Shown here: piece after piece, positions 62,201 through 64,000 of the stretch
Numbering within the stretch: position 1 is the stretch's first letter
Layout of the letters: each line of letters starts with the position of its first letter
Source of the DNA: Octopus bimaculoides
Lineage: Eukaryota
Reading direction: 5' to 3'
NCBI RefSeq assembly: GCF_001194135.2
Contig: NC_068984.1
Span: 130,354,794 to 130,418,793 of the forward strand
Length of the DNA: 64,000 nucleotides
Notes under the pieces: generated by a model
What the model was told of the DNA's origin: nothing
The model's database searches: none
The model's input: the letters and a program-made list of their open reading frames with translations, nothing else
Position numbers and translations under genes: made by a program

Positions 62201-62573
62201 TATAGTTATCTCGATAGGTGTTATTTACCATCAACACCTAATTGTGTTTTGTTGTCTAAATAGTAACATGAACAGTTTATTTTTTTAAAAAACCTGTAAT
62301 AATAAATAATTTATTTGATGGCTTGTAAGATGCACCTCCTTTTTTTTAACCATCAAAAATATCTCTTACACTAATTTTGTTCCTGGTGTTTAACATACAC
62401 TGCGGAAATTAGGATGCACCTGATATGCTGTCAAATATGGTATATTGCTGCTATTTCTATTCATTCATAGTGTGGGCTATTTATACGTAGTTGGTTTAGA
62501 AATTAGTTTCATGTGTGAAATATGCTGTTTTAGCATTGTTGCTTCTCTAAAATTTTATGTTATCTTTTTTCAG

Positions 62574-62762
62574 TTTCATGCCATGGATACTTTACATAGA
62601 AGTGGCTATGACATAGCGAAAGCTGTTACGAGTTTGGTACCACAAGGTGGTCCTGTACTGTGTCGGGATGAAATGGAAGAATGGTCTGCATCTGAAGCTA
62701 ATCTATTTGAAGAAGCACTAGATAAATATGGCAAAGACTTCAATGATATAAGGCAAGATTTT
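62574..62762 (+). CDS. MTA1: MTA exon 9 (end of ELM2, SANT: [63 protein letters not shown])
   Basis: Acceptor TTTTTTCAG|, donor TTT|GTAAGT at 62763, 189 nt, phase 0 to 0. Conserved [30 protein letters not shown]. The gene continues beyond the window. Confidence 0.96.
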
Positions 62763-64000
62763 GTAAGTATTCCTTTTTCTTGTTTTTCATTCTATAATTC
62801 TATATTATTACGATATATTTTATGCTCACTTGATGGGGTGATATTTTGTTGGTTTGGTTTTTTTAAGAGCTGAAGTTAGGACGTTGGTCGCCAAACAAGC
62901 TGAGTATAATGCAGTAGTTTTGATATATAATAGATTTTATAATTGACCAGTATTCTAGTACCTTTAAATCACACTATCATGTATAATTATATATACTTTC
63001 TTGAAGATCTTATATCTAATATGCTATCATGAACACTTTGTTTTTATTTTGTAGTTTATTTCATGATCATCCTTGTTTAATGTCTGCCTTCCATGCTGGC
63101 ATTTTAAAAATTATTATGGCTTTACATACATTTTGTCATTCATGATATGGTTTTAGAAATTTAAGTTTTTCGAAATATGCAGTGTTTCATATCATTACAC
63201 ATTGCCTAGACTCATTAGTTTTTGACTGAGCTGTTTGGTGTGAGTTGTAGCAAGGCAGTCTCTAATTTGTAATTCAGTTAATTTATTTGTGGGGAAAACA
63301 GGAATGCCATGACATTTATTGAGGGGCTAGCACTTTATCGTTAGATCATGTGATGCCTTGCAGTAAATATGAGAACATTCACTGTATCATAGTCCAACAC
63401 AGCTTGTCCTGTTGCTCTAAATTATCAAACTTTGACAATTGATTAATATATAATTGTATTAACATTTCGGATTTTAAGGTAGTGTATTTGGTATAAAGAT
63501 TAGACTTGTATAACTGAAGCAGAATGTTAAAACAAAAATGTTATAGAAATACAATACATTCATTAATATAAACTGGTGTTTGTATGTTTGCTCTCTGCTT
63601 AGATGATGTTTACATTACACTAAAACTGTAAAATGAATGTTTTTTTGTAATGGTAATGTTTGGGCAATATTTTAGCTATTTCCTTCTGACAAGGGTAAAA
63701 ATTTGACTTGGCATGTATTTTTTATAGCTGCCTTTTCAGTAACTATCTTTTCAAGTGTGTGTGTGTGTTTTTTGTGGGGGGGGGGGGAATAAAAATATCC
63801 CATTTTGAATATTGTAGAAAGAACTTTCTCCAATGAGCATTTTGGGACAGTCTCAATCTGTTCTTAAATTCCTTTCATTTGGTAAACTCTTTTGTGTTTG
63901 GATAGAATGTCTTGCAGTTTTCATTTTGGTTCTCTGCTGTGAATTGAAACATTTCTGATGTCAACTTTTCTTGCCGTCCCTTTGAGTCTCAAATTATCAG

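Noticed and set aside
1-64000. CRISPR arrays, tRNA or rRNA genes
   Set aside because: None seen. The tRNA-like A/B boxes belong to SINE heads, and the repeats are eukaryotic TEs and microsatellites.

Overview
Eukaryotic, AT-rich, microsatellite- and gap-rich genomic DNA. The repeat families point to an octopod cephalopod (inference). The window holds the 5' part of one + strand gene, a metastasis-associated protein (MTA1/2/3-family, NuRD subunit; BAH-ELM2-SANT). I reconstructed 8 core coding exons plus one in-frame 87-nt candidate cassette exon between 6119 and 62762 (984 nt, 328 aa with the cassette). All have GT-AG junctions and consistent phases, and the gene runs off the right end. Its introns host an unannotated family of five box C/D snoRNA copies resembling SNORD56/U56 (four intact, one decayed). 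The family splits into two subtypes whose D' boxes sit one nucleotide apart relative to the same 18S rRNA guide, which predicts methylation of two adjacent rRNA nucleotides. Three copies spread inside a duplicated intronic module of up to ~2 kb. The rest is transposon debris: mariner, maT/Tc1-like, piggyBac, hAT MITEs, RTE and CR1 LINEs, tRNA-derived SINEs, and Penelope-like elements, one of which has inverted arms carrying a hammerhead-like motif. Almost all ORFs in the supplied track are microsatellite or gap artefacts. All coordinates were counted by hand; TE boundaries are approximate.
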